Below the pieces are notes generated by a model that was given only the letters and a program-made list of their open reading frames with translations, had not been told where the DNA came from and searched no databases. From Acidobacteriota bacterium (GTDB taxonomy: Bacteria; Acidobacteriota; UBA890; WLXD01), in NCBI GenBank assembly GCA_965248695.1, contig CBDFKD010000002.1, forward strand, positions 768,001-832,000: DNA of 64,000 bases, written 5' to 3'. Positions 38,437 through 47,276 of this stretch are shown piece by piece. Positions within the stretch are counted from its first letter, which is position 1; each line of letters opens with the position of its first letter. The position numbers were made by a program, and so were the translations under genes.

Positions 38437-39666
38437 CTAGACCTGGAGCGTGATCTCGCTGAATCCGTCGATCAGCGGGTTGGGTTTCCGGATCCGATTG
38501 TCAACGAGCTTCTGCACGAACCCGAATCTCGTCACCGCACCCACGGCGGCCATCATCACGTCCAACCATCGTGCGCGACTGAGCAGGAAGAGCGGGACCT
38601 TCCGTTGCATGGCTTGTGTCTTCGTCACTTCCCGTAGGCGTGCAGATTGAAACTGCTTGGCGACGATATCGAGCGCGCTAGGGTCGACACCCTGGAGTAG
38701 CGGCGGGACGAAGTGGTTGGCCACTACTACGGCATCGCGCAAGGCGACGTTGATTCCCTGGGCGCCGACCGGAGACATGGGGTGGGCGGCGTCGCCGAGC
38801 ATCAGCATTCCGGGAGCCGACCAGTGCTCGTAGCAATCGCACACGACGTCGAGAAGAAACGGCTGCGTCGCATTGGTCGCATGGGCGCGCAGATGCTCCG
38901 CCATGTCCGTCGCCACATGGCGGGCGATCTCTTCGATCCATCCCTCTACACCCATTTCGCGAAACGCCCTGTAGCTACCCTTCTTGATCACCCAGCCGAG
39001 CTGCAAGAGACCATCATATGAGGGGATGCAAAGGCCGAAATGGCCGCTACCGAAGTAACCCCGTACGGTAGGCACCTGCCCGTCGCAGAAAGCCGGCATC
39101 GGTAGCTTGCACCACACGACGTCGAACGCCTCCGGCCGACGCGGCTGGTCCAGCCCGGACGCCTGTCGCATGGTGGAGAAGCGGCCGTCGCAAGCAAAGA
39201 TGTAGTCGGCTTCGATACGCTCCGGCCCATCCAAGCCACGTAGTTCGACGCCAACAACCCGGTCGCCGTCGTGTATTGGCCCGGCGACGCTCACGCCGCG
39301 GCGAAACGTGAACTCTGGATGAGCGGCGGCCTGCTCGATGAGCATCTCCAGCATTGCCGGCTGCGAGACGAATCGCGGCGGCAGTCGATCTTCCCAGTTG
39401 AGCCGGAGGCTGAGGAAACGGTGCCCCTTGAAGTGCACCTGTGCCCCGCCTAGCACCGTATGCGGCAGCGACAAGAACTCCTCCCAGAGGCCAGCCTCGT
39501 CGAACATCTTTTGTCCACCCGGTGCCAGTCCTTCGCCGCGGAACTCACGCGCGAAATCCGAGTGGCGTTCCACCAGAGTTACGGGAATACCTCGGCTGGC
39601 GAGGAGATAGGCCAGGAGGGCGCCTGCCGGACCGCCACCGACCACGACTGCGCTGTGTGCGGTCAC
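38437..39666 (-). CDS. FAD-dependent monooxygenase (UbiH/FAD_binding_3 type)
   Basis: GGGPAG, REFRGE, CDGRFS, GDAAHPMSPVGAQGINVALRDA. Confidence 0.92.
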   Translation of the reverse strand: MTAHSAVVVGGGPAGALLAYLLASRGIPVTLVERHSDFAREFRGEGLAPGGQKMFDEAGLWEEFLSLPHTVLGGAQVHFKGHRFLSLRLNWEDRLPPRFVSQPAMLEMLIEQAAAHPEFTFRRGVSVAGPIHDGDRVVGVELRGLDGPERIEADYIFACDGRFSTMRQASGLDQPRRPEAFDVVWCKLPMPAFCDGQVPTVRGYFGSGHFGLCIPSYDGLLQLGWVIKKGSYRAFREMGVEGWIEEIARHVATDMAEHLRAHATNATQPFLLDVVCDCYEHWSAPGMLMLGDAAHPMSPVGAQGINVALRDAVVVANHFVPPLLQGVDPSALDIVAKQFQSARLREVTKTQAMQRKVPLFLLSRARWLDVMMAAVGAVTRFGFVQKLVDNRIRKPNPLIDGFSEITLQV

Positions 39667-39694
39667 CGGGCCCCTGGCGGGAGATTCCGCACCA

Positions 39695-40207
39695 CTACTC
39701 GCCTCGGAAATCGGGATTCGGCATGCTCTTGAAAATCATCTCGCGTGCTGTGAGGCGCAGTTCTTCCGGTGTCGGTCGTCCGACGAAGTACCAGCCGTTG
39801 AAGATCCGGTGGATGGTCAGATCGGGGAGCAGTGCGAAGGTGAAGGGGACGGGCAAGGGACCGTGATAGGTATCGGTTGTCTCACGAATCCCCAGGGCCT
39901 CAGTGAGTTGCAATTCTTGATCGCTCAGGAAGCTGAACTCCGCGCCGAGATCGGCTCTTAGCGCTGCTTGCGTCTCCGGGGGGTCGACCGAAACAGCGGC
40001 GATCCGGCAGTAGGCGACCTCAGCGGCACGTTGGAACTGGACCAGTTCCGACAGCTGTAGCTGTCACTTCGGTCACCAGGGGCCACGATAAAACGCCACG
40101 AACAACGGCAGCCGGCCCGCGAGGTCGGCGATCGAGACTATGTTGCCGGTGTGGTCCGAAAGGTTGTGGTCCGGGAACTTCTGGCCGACGTCGTACTGCA
40201 GAGGCAT
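39695..40207 (-). CDS. AhpC/TSA thioredoxin-fold protein, predicted di-selenoprotein (UxxU; UGA at 40073-40075 and 40064-40066)
   Basis: Manual translation: MPLQYDVGQKFPDHNLSDHTGNIVSIADLAGRLPLFVAFYRGPW-TGA-PK-TGA-QLQL...IAAVSVDP...FSFLSD...VPFTF...GRPTPEEL; 170 aa in a single frame, including the listed ORF 39695-39913. Confidence 0.85.
40033..40049 (-). promoter_or_regulatory. Candidate bacterial SECIS hairpin (UxxU protein)
   Basis: GGAACUG-GUC-CAGUUCC: 7-bp stem starting 14 nt after the second UGA; apical GGUC recalls the E. coli fdhF SECIS loop. Confidence 0.65.
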
Positions 40208-40243
40208 GGAGGATTCTCCCGCGAGCGTGCTGCGATGCCGATT

Positions 40244-41485
40244 CTAGGTGGACAGACCCCTCGCCGCGACAGGCCAGATTTCGTCGACGCGGTCGCCACG
40301 GATGGCGTACAGCTGATCGTAGAGGTTCACCACCGGGTCGCAGTGCGACACGATGAGCTCGAGCTTATCGCCGACGCGATAGGTGCGCGAAGGGTCGTCG
40401 TATCGCAGCACCCCGAACTCGTCGGAGCCCGAGCGGTACTGCATCCCGGACTCTCCCTTCACCATCGGCCAAGGCTGGTTGATGGTGCATGCCTTGGCGC
40501 CCGCGTCGGTGGTGACCTGCCCGTCGTACTGGTCGTTGAGCACCGTCGTGAGAATCGTCAGCGCGGGCTGGAAGTCGGAGTAAACCAGTGGGTCGGAGGT
40601 ACCGCCGATGGCCATGTACTGCGCATCCATGAATACGTAGCTACCCACCTGCACATCGGTGAGCCCGGGCGTCTCGTGGTCGATGTTGTAGGTACCGGTG
40701 CCGCCGCCGCTGAAGATCTCGGTGCTCAGGCCGGAGCTCTCGAAGAGCGTGGCTGTCTCGACCCCTGCCAACAGCCGCTGAAGGGTCTGTGCCCGTCGCG
40801 TGTCGAAGCCCTTCACATGCTGCGAGCCACCGTCGTAGCACAGCAGCCCCCGAAGCTGCAGCCCTGGTAGCCGGTCGATGCGCTGTGCCAGCTCGAGGGC
40901 CGGTTGACCCCCGGTGATGCCGGTGCGATGGGTTCCAGGGTCCACATCGACCACGACATCGGCGACGACGCCAATTGCTTGTGCAGCATCGGAAAGGTCC
41001 TGGGCGTTGTCGGGCGTGTCGGTGGCTTGAATGAAGCTCGAGCATTTCTTCCTCAGGCTCATCGCTCGGTTGATCTTGAACGGCGTCACGTTGCTGGTGG
41101 TCATCAAGATCTGCTCGATGCGGTGCTCGAACATCACCTCGGCCTCGCTCACCTTGGCGGTGCAGATGCCCACCGACCCTGAGTCGAGCTGCCTGCGAGC
41201 GATGGTCGGGCACTTGTGCGTCTTGGCATGCGGGCGGCTGGCGATCCCGTTGCCCGAGACGGCGCGCTGGCAGGTCGCCAGATTGGCCTCCAGCGCTTCC
41301 AGGTCAACGCAGAGCGCCGGCGTGTCCAGCTCCGACTTGGAAACACCGGCTTGATGCATTGACCTGTTGGCGGCCATCGACCGCATTTCCTCAGGTGAGT
41401 ATCCCTTCACGGACGTAGGAACCCATACGCCGGCGGCCCCGGCGGTCTGCAGGAAACGGCGGCGGGACAGCGGCGTGTTGCTCAC
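40244..41485 (-). CDS. Tat-exported DSD1/D-threonine-aldolase-family PLP enzyme
   Basis: SRRRFLQ Tat motif; TPAL, RPHAKTHKC, GGGTGT, GSYVFMD, SDEFG, HCDPVVNLYD. GTG 41485 follows GGAG. Confidence 0.9.
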   Translation of the reverse strand: MSNTPLSRRRFLQTAGAAGVWVPTSVKGYSPEEMRSMAANRSMHQAGVSKSELDTPALCVDLEALEANLATCQRAVSGNGIASRPHAKTHKCPTIARRQLDSGSVGICTAKVSEAEVMFEHRIEQILMTTSNVTPFKINRAMSLRKKCSSFIQATDTPDNAQDLSDAAQAIGVVADVVVDVDPGTHRTGITGGQPALELAQRIDRLPGLQLRGLLCYDGGSQHVKGFDTRRAQTLQRLLAGVETATLFESSGLSTEIFSGGGTGTYNIDHETPGLTDVQVGSYVFMDAQYMAIGGTSDPLVYSDFQPALTILTTVLNDQYDGQVTTDAGAKACTINQPWPMVKGESGMQYRSGSDEFGVLRYDDPSRTYRVGDKLELIVSHCDPVVNLYDQLYAIRGDRVDEIWPVAARGLST

Positions 41486-41601
41486 AGGGTTCTCCGTATT
41501 CGGGGCAGACGAAGCCGAAGCGCGGATAGTAGCGCGGGCGTCCGACCACGACCACGGAGGGTCAGTCCGTGTCACCTGCTCGACACTCACTGCCGCCGCC
41601 G

Positions 41602-41865
41602 TCAGACCACGCGCACCGACCCCTGGTTGACCTTGGCCGCCGGGCGGCCGCGAATCATCTGGAGGGTTGCCACGCGGCTATCGCAGGCCGGACAGCGGAT
41701 CTCGTGGTGGAGCTCGAGCGGAGGCTCGGTCAAGAAGACCCCGGCCCGGTCGGCAGCGATCTTATGGAGGAACATCTTGACCAGCCGCCCTTTGCCGCGC
41801 TTCCGGTAGCGAGCCAGCGGGTTACCGCAGGTGCACGCGACGTCGATGTACTGGCGCTGCGCCAC
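41602..41865 (-). CDS. Small zinc-ribbon-like protein
   Basis: CTCG...YRKRGKGRLVK...CPAC. Confidence 0.65.
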   Translation of the reverse strand: MAQRQYIDVACTCGNPLARYRKRGKGRLVKMFLHKIAADRAGVFLTEPPLELHHEIRCPACDSRVATLQMIRGRPAAKVNQGSVRVV

Positions 41866-41877
41866 AGATCGCCTACG

Positions 41878-42141
41878 TCAGTCGCGGCTGCGCCAGCGCA
41901 TCTTCATGTACCGGTTGCCGGCCTCGAGCTCGGTCAGCATCTGCCCGAGGCGACGCGACCGCGTGTCGTTGCGCTTCGCCCGGGTGATCCAGCCGACGTA
42001 GTCGTTGCGCTGGTACGGGGGGCGTTCCTGGTACGCGGACATCAGCTGACGATCGACGAGGGCGTCACGAACGTAGGCCGGCATGGGATGTCGTGGCCGT
42101 TTGAGATTGGTAGGTTTTCCCTGCCTGCTCATGTCGTTCAT
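41878..42141 (-). CDS. YdeI/OmpD-associated family protein
   Basis: RPPYQRNDYVGWITRAKR..TR.RRL.QML.EL..G..YM. Confidence 0.85.
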   Translation of the reverse strand: MNDMSRQGKPTNLKRPRHPMPAYVRDALVDRQLMSAYQERPPYQRNDYVGWITRAKRNDTRSRRLGQMLTELEAGNRYMKMRWRSRD

Positions 42142-42150
42142 TGAACCAGG

Positions 42151-42660
42151 CTACGGTGCGATCCGTCGAGCCAGACGGGAGACGAGAAAGGGCAAGAGAC
42201 GCCGATGCCCCTGCTTGACAGGGGTGAAGTAGACAGCGCCCAGCCAGGAGTCGTAGACCACGACGGTGCTCATCGTGAAGTCGGTCGACCCGAGGCGGGA
42301 TTCGACGTGATAGGAAACGAAAAACCGTAGACCTGGCGCGCGCCCCTGGACCACGACCTCATTGTCGGCACGGCCGGCGTCAACCCCGTCCAAGCGGGGT
42401 CCTGGGGCTCCGATCAGACGCTCCATTACCTCGCTCAACGAAACCGGACCCTCGGCAACCGTAGCCCGGTAGGCGTCGGAGTAGTCGCTCTTGCGCGAGA
42501 GCGCTTCGATCTTGCTGCCGTGCGGCAGCGCCACCTCGACCACTCCGGCGCGGGTTCCGATGAAGCGCACCGCCTCCAATGCAAGCAAGCCGAGCAGCAG
42601 GAGCACGGCACCGACGATCCCGACGCGCTTGAGCCACGTCTGCGCCCGGTCGGAACTCAC
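42151..42660 (-). CDS. DUF2867-like protein with N-terminal TM anchor
   Basis: DYSDAY, STVVVYDSWLGAVYFTPVKQGHR. Confidence 0.6.
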   Translation of the reverse strand: MSSDRAQTWLKRVGIVGAVLLLLGLLALEAVRFIGTRAGVVEVALPHGSKIEALSRKSDYSDAYRATVAEGPVSLSEVMERLIGAPGPRLDGVDAGRADNEVVVQGRAPGLRFFVSYHVESRLGSTDFTMSTVVVYDSWLGAVYFTPVKQGHRRLLPFLVSRLARRIAP

Positions 42661-42767
42661 GCTGGGCCCTGCTGACTACCGAGTATCTCCACGACGTTCT
42701 CACTGGCGGTGTGGCTGATCGCCTGACAACAACGATCGGCGTCGAGGTAAGCTGACGGCGCCTTTTC

Positions 42768-43301
42768 GTGCGGCTGCTACGTTCTTACTCCTGGTTTAGC
42801 AGGGTTGGGTGCCCTCTGGGTAGTCGCGAGGTCGAATCCGTGCGCCGAACCGCCGTCACTGTCTATGTCGTGTTCCTGATCGTCGTCGCTACCGTAGGTG
42901 TCGGGGTGGCGGCAGAGGCCGGTGTGCTGATTCCGGTAGCCGTGCCCTTCGCCGGGATCCTGGTCGTGGCGCTCAGGATTCTGGGACCGGACCCAGAACA
43001 GATCGGTTGGGCAGCGTTCACTGGTTGGCTGGGAATGACCTATCTCCAGGTGGGTGGGCCAATCGAGGTCGTCGCTTTCTTCACTTTGGTGACGCTTGGC
43101 GCGTTGGGTATCTTTCGCTCGTCCTGGTATCTGGCCGGCGCTTGGGCGGTGCATATTGCGTGGGACTTCTTGCCGCGGCAACTGCCCGAGCTGATGGTGG
43201 ACGTGCCGGTCGCTTGCATCGGCTTCGATGGCCTGATTGCCGCGTATCTGATCTGGTGCACACGGGCAGACCGCTGGTCGCCCTTCGAGAAGCGCGGCTG
43301 A
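42768..43301 (+). CDS. Hypothetical membrane protein (start uncertain, possibly 42840)
   Basis: Multiple TM segments; W..H..WD and CIGFD motifs. Confidence 0.65.
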   Translation: MRLLRSYSWFSRVGCPLGSREVESVRRTAVTVYVVFLIVVATVGVGVAAEAGVLIPVAVPFAGILVVALRILGPDPEQIGWAAFTGWLGMTYLQVGGPIEVVAFFTLVTLGALGIFRSSWYLAGAWAVHIAWDFLPRQLPELMVDVPVACIGFDGLIAAYLIWCTRADRWSPFEKRG

Positions 43302-43314
43302 CCGAGCGTGTGCC

Positions 43315-44676
43315 GTGGAGGCGAGGATGACGACGACCGATAGGAAGCCTCAGGTCACCCACCGCTATCTGGACGAAGATTCGTGCTCGCGCCACCTCTA
43401 CGACCGCGCCCTCAAGGTGATGCCGGGAGGCAACAGCCGGCACACCCTGATCATGGATCCGTATCCGATCTATGCCGCCAGCGGCGAGGGCTGCCGTGTC
43501 ACCGATGTGGAAGGGGAGGAGCGCATCGACTTCATCAACAACTACACGGCGCTGATCCGGGGCCACGCTGATCCGGAAGTTACCGCGACGGTGCGCGATT
43601 TGGTCGGCCGCGGTACGGCGTTCGCGATGCCGACCGAAAGCGACATTCGCCTCGCCGAGTTGCTCGTCGACCGAGTGCCCGGCATGCAGCAGATACGCTT
43701 CGCAAACTCTGGTAGCGAGGGCGTTCTGCTGACGATCCGCGCCGCGCGCGCCTTCACCGGTCGTTCCAAGGTGGCCAAGTTCGAGGGTTGCTACCACGGC
43801 GTGTACGACTACGCCCAGGCGAGCGACAGCTCGCGGCCGCGCAACTGGGGCGATGCGCAGCGCCCGCGCACGACGTTGGAACCAAGTATGGCGCGCAGCC
43901 TGCTCGATGATGTCGTGACGCTGCCCTGGAACGATATCGAGGCTTGTCGAGAGCTGATTGTTGGCAACGCCGACGAGCTTTCAGCGGTGGTCTTCGATCC
44001 ACTCCCTGCCGCACTTGGCTTTGTCGCACCGGAGCAGGACTTCGTCGAATTCCTCCGTGGGGTAACCGAGCAACACGGCATTCTGCTGATTGCCGACGAG
44101 GTGCTGTCGTTCCGGGTTGGCTACGAGGGCGCCTGCGCAGCTCACGGCGTCGAGCCCGATCTGGTGTCCCTGGGCAAGATCATTGGCGGTGGGTTCCCGG
44201 TTGGCGCGGTCATGGGCAAGAAGGCAGTGATGGAGGTGTTCGATCACCGCCTGGGGGAGAAGGTGCACCACGGTGGGACCTACAACGGCAATCCGGTCAC
44301 CATGACGGCTGGATACGAGACCATGCGGCAGATGACGCGGGAAGCCTATGACCAGATGGCGGCCCTCGCCGATCGATTGCGAGCCGGAGTGGCGGATACC
44401 GTCCATCGTCACGGGATCCCGTGCCAGGTAACCGGGCGCGGCTCGCTATTCGGTCTGCTGATCACGGATTCGCCCATTCGCAACTTCCGCGGCCTGGTAG
44501 CCAGCCTTTCGACAAAGCCCGAGTCGACTACGCTGGCAGCGGAAATGTTGAACCACGGCGTCCTTCTGGGAGTGCGCGGAGTGCTGGGATGCCTGTCGAC
44601 GCCGATGGGTGACGATGAGGTCGACGCCTTCGTCGCCGCGCTCGACGAATCGTTGCGCGCCGTCGCGGCCCGCTAG
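43315..44676 (+). CDS. Class III aminotransferase (glutamate-1-semialdehyde aminomutase-like)
   Basis: MPGGNSR, RFANSGSE, KFEGCYHG, LIADEV, LGKIIGGGFPVGA, HGGTYNGNP. Confidence 0.93.
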   Translation: MEARMTTTDRKPQVTHRYLDEDSCSRHLYDRALKVMPGGNSRHTLIMDPYPIYAASGEGCRVTDVEGEERIDFINNYTALIRGHADPEVTATVRDLVGRGTAFAMPTESDIRLAELLVDRVPGMQQIRFANSGSEGVLLTIRAARAFTGRSKVAKFEGCYHGVYDYAQASDSSRPRNWGDAQRPRTTLEPSMARSLLDDVVTLPWNDIEACRELIVGNADELSAVVFDPLPAALGFVAPEQDFVEFLRGVTEQHGILLIADEVLSFRVGYEGACAAHGVEPDLVSLGKIIGGGFPVGAVMGKKAVMEVFDHRLGEKVHHGGTYNGNPVTMTAGYETMRQMTREAYDQMAALADRLRAGVADTVHRHGIPCQVTGRGSLFGLLITDSPIRNFRGLVASLSTKPESTTLAAEMLNHGVLLGVRGVLGCLSTPMGDDEVDAFVAALDESLRAVAAR

Positions 44677-44707
44677 AGTCCTTCAGGAACCGCGGGTTCC
44701 CGTTTGC

Positions 44708-46111
44708 GAGATATAACCGGAAGTTGTGGATGGGAGGAAAAAGAAAGGCGGCGTAACCTTCGCTGGGATCATCAACAACCAGCAGCCGGCTGTGGAGGCC
44801 GGGAAGGAGACGCCACCCGTGCTCAAGATTATCGGTGGATCGGACGCGGAGGAAGGACAGCTGACACTGGACGTCGATGAGCTCGCCCGGCAGGGCGCGC
44901 TGCAGATGCTGGCAACAGCACTGGAGTGGGAGGTTCAGGAGTATATCCAGAGCCACGCCGGGCAACTGGATGAAGCCGGCCGTCGGCAAGTGGTACGCAA
45001 CGGTCGGGCTCGCGCACGCAAGATCACGTTGGGGTGCGGGACGGTGCAAGTAGCCGCGCCACGGGTCAACGACAAGCGGCTCGACGAGCAGGGACTGAGG
45101 CAGCGGTTCAGCAGTCGGATCCTGCCGCCCTACATGCGGCGCTCGCCGAAGGTGGCGGAGGTGCTGCCGGTGCTGTACCTGCGGGGCCTGTCGACGGGCG
45201 ACTTCAAGGAGGCGCTGCCGATCTTACTGGGACAGGAAGCCAGCGGGCTGTCGGCATCGGCGATCTGCCGGCTGACGAACGCCTGGAGCACGGAGTACGA
45301 GGCATTCCGGAAGCTGGATCTGTCCACCAAGCAGTACGTATACGTGTGGGCGGACGGTGTGCACTTCAACATTCGACTCGAGGATGATCGGCTGTGCACG
45401 CTGGTGATCCTGGGCGTTTTGCCGGACGGAACCAAGGAGCTCATCGCGGTCGAGGACGGGTATCGAGAGAGCACCGAGAGCTGGGCGTTCGTGCTCCGGG
45501 AGCTGAAGCGTCGAGGCATGCGGGCGCCGCTCGTGGCAGTGGGTGATGGGGCGCTGGGGTTCTGGGCGGCGGTGCGGGATGTATGGCCCCAGACTCGAGA
45601 GCAACGATGCTGGGTGCATCGGCTTGGCAACGTGCTCGACAAGCTACCGAGGCGGCTGCAGGCCAAAGCCAAGCGCGCGCTGCACGAGATCATCGGTGCG
45701 CCAACGCGCGAGGATGCTCAGGAGGGCATGGCGCGGTTCGCAGCCGACTACGGCGCCAAGTACTCCAAGGCCGTGGCGTCGTTGCAACGCGACTCCGACA
45801 AGCTGCTGACGTTCTACGACTTCCCCGCCGACCACTGGGTTCATCTGCGCACGGCCAACCCGATCGAGTCGGCGTTCGCCACCGTACGCCTGAGACAACG
45901 CGTCACCAAGGGCGCCGGCTCACGCACCAAGGCGCTGACGATGGCATTCAAGCTCCTGGAGATGGCACAGCAACGATGGCGCCGCATCAACGCTCCTCAC
46001 CTCACTGCCCTCGTACTCGAGGGCGCCACATTCGTCGATGGAGTTCACCTGATCGCTAGCGAAGACGCCGCCTGAACAAATCCACCGATCCACAACATTT
46101 GCAAATAACTC
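44708..46111 (+). mobile_element. Complete IS256-family insertion sequence (1404 bp)
   Basis: Imperfect terminal IRs GAGATATAACCGGAAGTTGTGGAT / GAGTTATTTGCAAATGTTGTGGAT (17/24); flanking direct repeat CCCGTTTGC at 44699-44707 and 46112-46120. Confidence 0.93.
44819..46075 (+). CDS. IS256-family DDE transposase
   Basis: RNG, LYLRGLSTGDF, YVWADG, GDGALGFW, QRCWVH, LRTANPIES. GTG 44819 follows AAGGAG. Confidence 0.95.
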   Translation: MLKIIGGSDAEEGQLTLDVDELARQGALQMLATALEWEVQEYIQSHAGQLDEAGRRQVVRNGRARARKITLGCGTVQVAAPRVNDKRLDEQGLRQRFSSRILPPYMRRSPKVAEVLPVLYLRGLSTGDFKEALPILLGQEASGLSASAICRLTNAWSTEYEAFRKLDLSTKQYVYVWADGVHFNIRLEDDRLCTLVILGVLPDGTKELIAVEDGYRESTESWAFVLRELKRRGMRAPLVAVGDGALGFWAAVRDVWPQTREQRCWVHRLGNVLDKLPRRLQAKAKRALHEIIGAPTREDAQEGMARFAADYGAKYSKAVASLQRDSDKLLTFYDFPADHWVHLRTANPIESAFATVRLRQRVTKGAGSRTKALTMAFKLLEMAQQRWRRINAPHLTALVLEGATFVDGVHLIASEDAA

Positions 46112-47102
46112 CCCGTTTGCTCCCACTGGTCCTGTTCGGGGTAGCTCTGCACGAGCCTCGTCAGAGCATCGAGAACCACCGACCAGGCGGAGGACCCGGG
46201 CACGGAAGGCTCGAAGTGGCCGGCGCCGGGAATGATATTGACGCGCACGTCATCCCCGGCTGCCGCCGCCGCCTGCGCGAAGGCGCGCACTCCATCGGCG
46301 GAGACGATGGGATCGGCGGCGCCGTTCACCAGGACGATCGGCGTGCCGAGGGGTAGCCGAGCCGCGGGTGAGCCGTCTGCGTAGCGCTCGGGACGGGCCT
46401 CGGGGCCGCCGCCCATCAACCGATCAACGGCGCCGTGGCAACTCTGCGCCGGACCGATGCGATAGGCCGCGAGATCCGTGATCGGTGCCAGGGCGACGAC
46501 GCCACGAATGGCCACGGGAGATGGGCGGTATAGCTCGCTCTGCTGATCGAGTCGAGCGCGGGTAGCGCTCCAGAGGGCGAGATGTCCGCCAGCCGAGTGG
46601 CCAGCGACGGCGACCCGGGCGAGGTCCAGCGGATGGGACTCACTGAGGCTGCGGAGATGGTCGATGGCGTCGGCGATGTCGAGGAAGGTCATCGGCCAGC
46701 CCCCGTCGCCTGCGACGCGCCGATACTCGATTGTCCAGGTGGCGATGCCCGCCTCAGCGACGGCTGCAGCCAGGTGGCGGAAGTACGAGTAGTCGAAGTC
46801 TTGCAGCCAGCAGCCCCCATGGATCAGGACGGCGACCGGATGTGGCCCTGGACCGGGTGGTACGCGTAACTCACCAAACTGGTCGGGGTGCTCGCCGTAC
46901 TCGATCCGGGGCGCCGGTTCTGGCAATGGTAGCGACTGAACTTCCGACCACGTCAACGGGACGCCAGGTGACAGGTGTTCCGGCGTCCTTTCGGGGTTGG
47001 CTGGCGCAGAGTGGCCGTTGGAGGCGCCGGCGATGAGATACACCCTCCGAGCGCACAGATCCAGGTGGTTGCCGCCAGGACTGCCAATCTCCTGTTTCCC
47101 AT
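46045..47102 (-). pseudogene. Alpha/beta hydrolase (esterase) lipoprotein, frameshifted after the signal peptide and IS-hit at the 3' end
   Basis: HGGCW, GHSAGGHL, D and GAGHF catalytic motifs. The lipoprotein leader MGNRRLAVLAATTWICALGG-C (ATG 47102) is in a different frame and stops at 46953. Confidence 0.75.
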
Positions 47103-47276
47103 GAGGACGCTCTTGGGTCGCGATGCTGTTGCGCTTGCAGAAGCTACCCATCGGAATGAGTCGCGGCGAATCGAGCAGGAGCGCTAGCGGCATCCGAATC
47201 GCAGCGCTTCCCGGCGTTCGAGATGCCAACGGCGGTCTGGGGAACCGAGGGGAGTGCAGCGGGTTCGGGCTTCAGG

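Noticed and set aside
26598-40207. Genome-wide reassignment of UGA to Trp or Gly
   Set aside because: Many genes here end at TGA at family-typical C-termini; the internal TGAs fall only at catalytic Cys positions.
43315-44676. hemL assignment
   Set aside because: The family is clear, but there is no tetrapyrrole context and paralogues are common.
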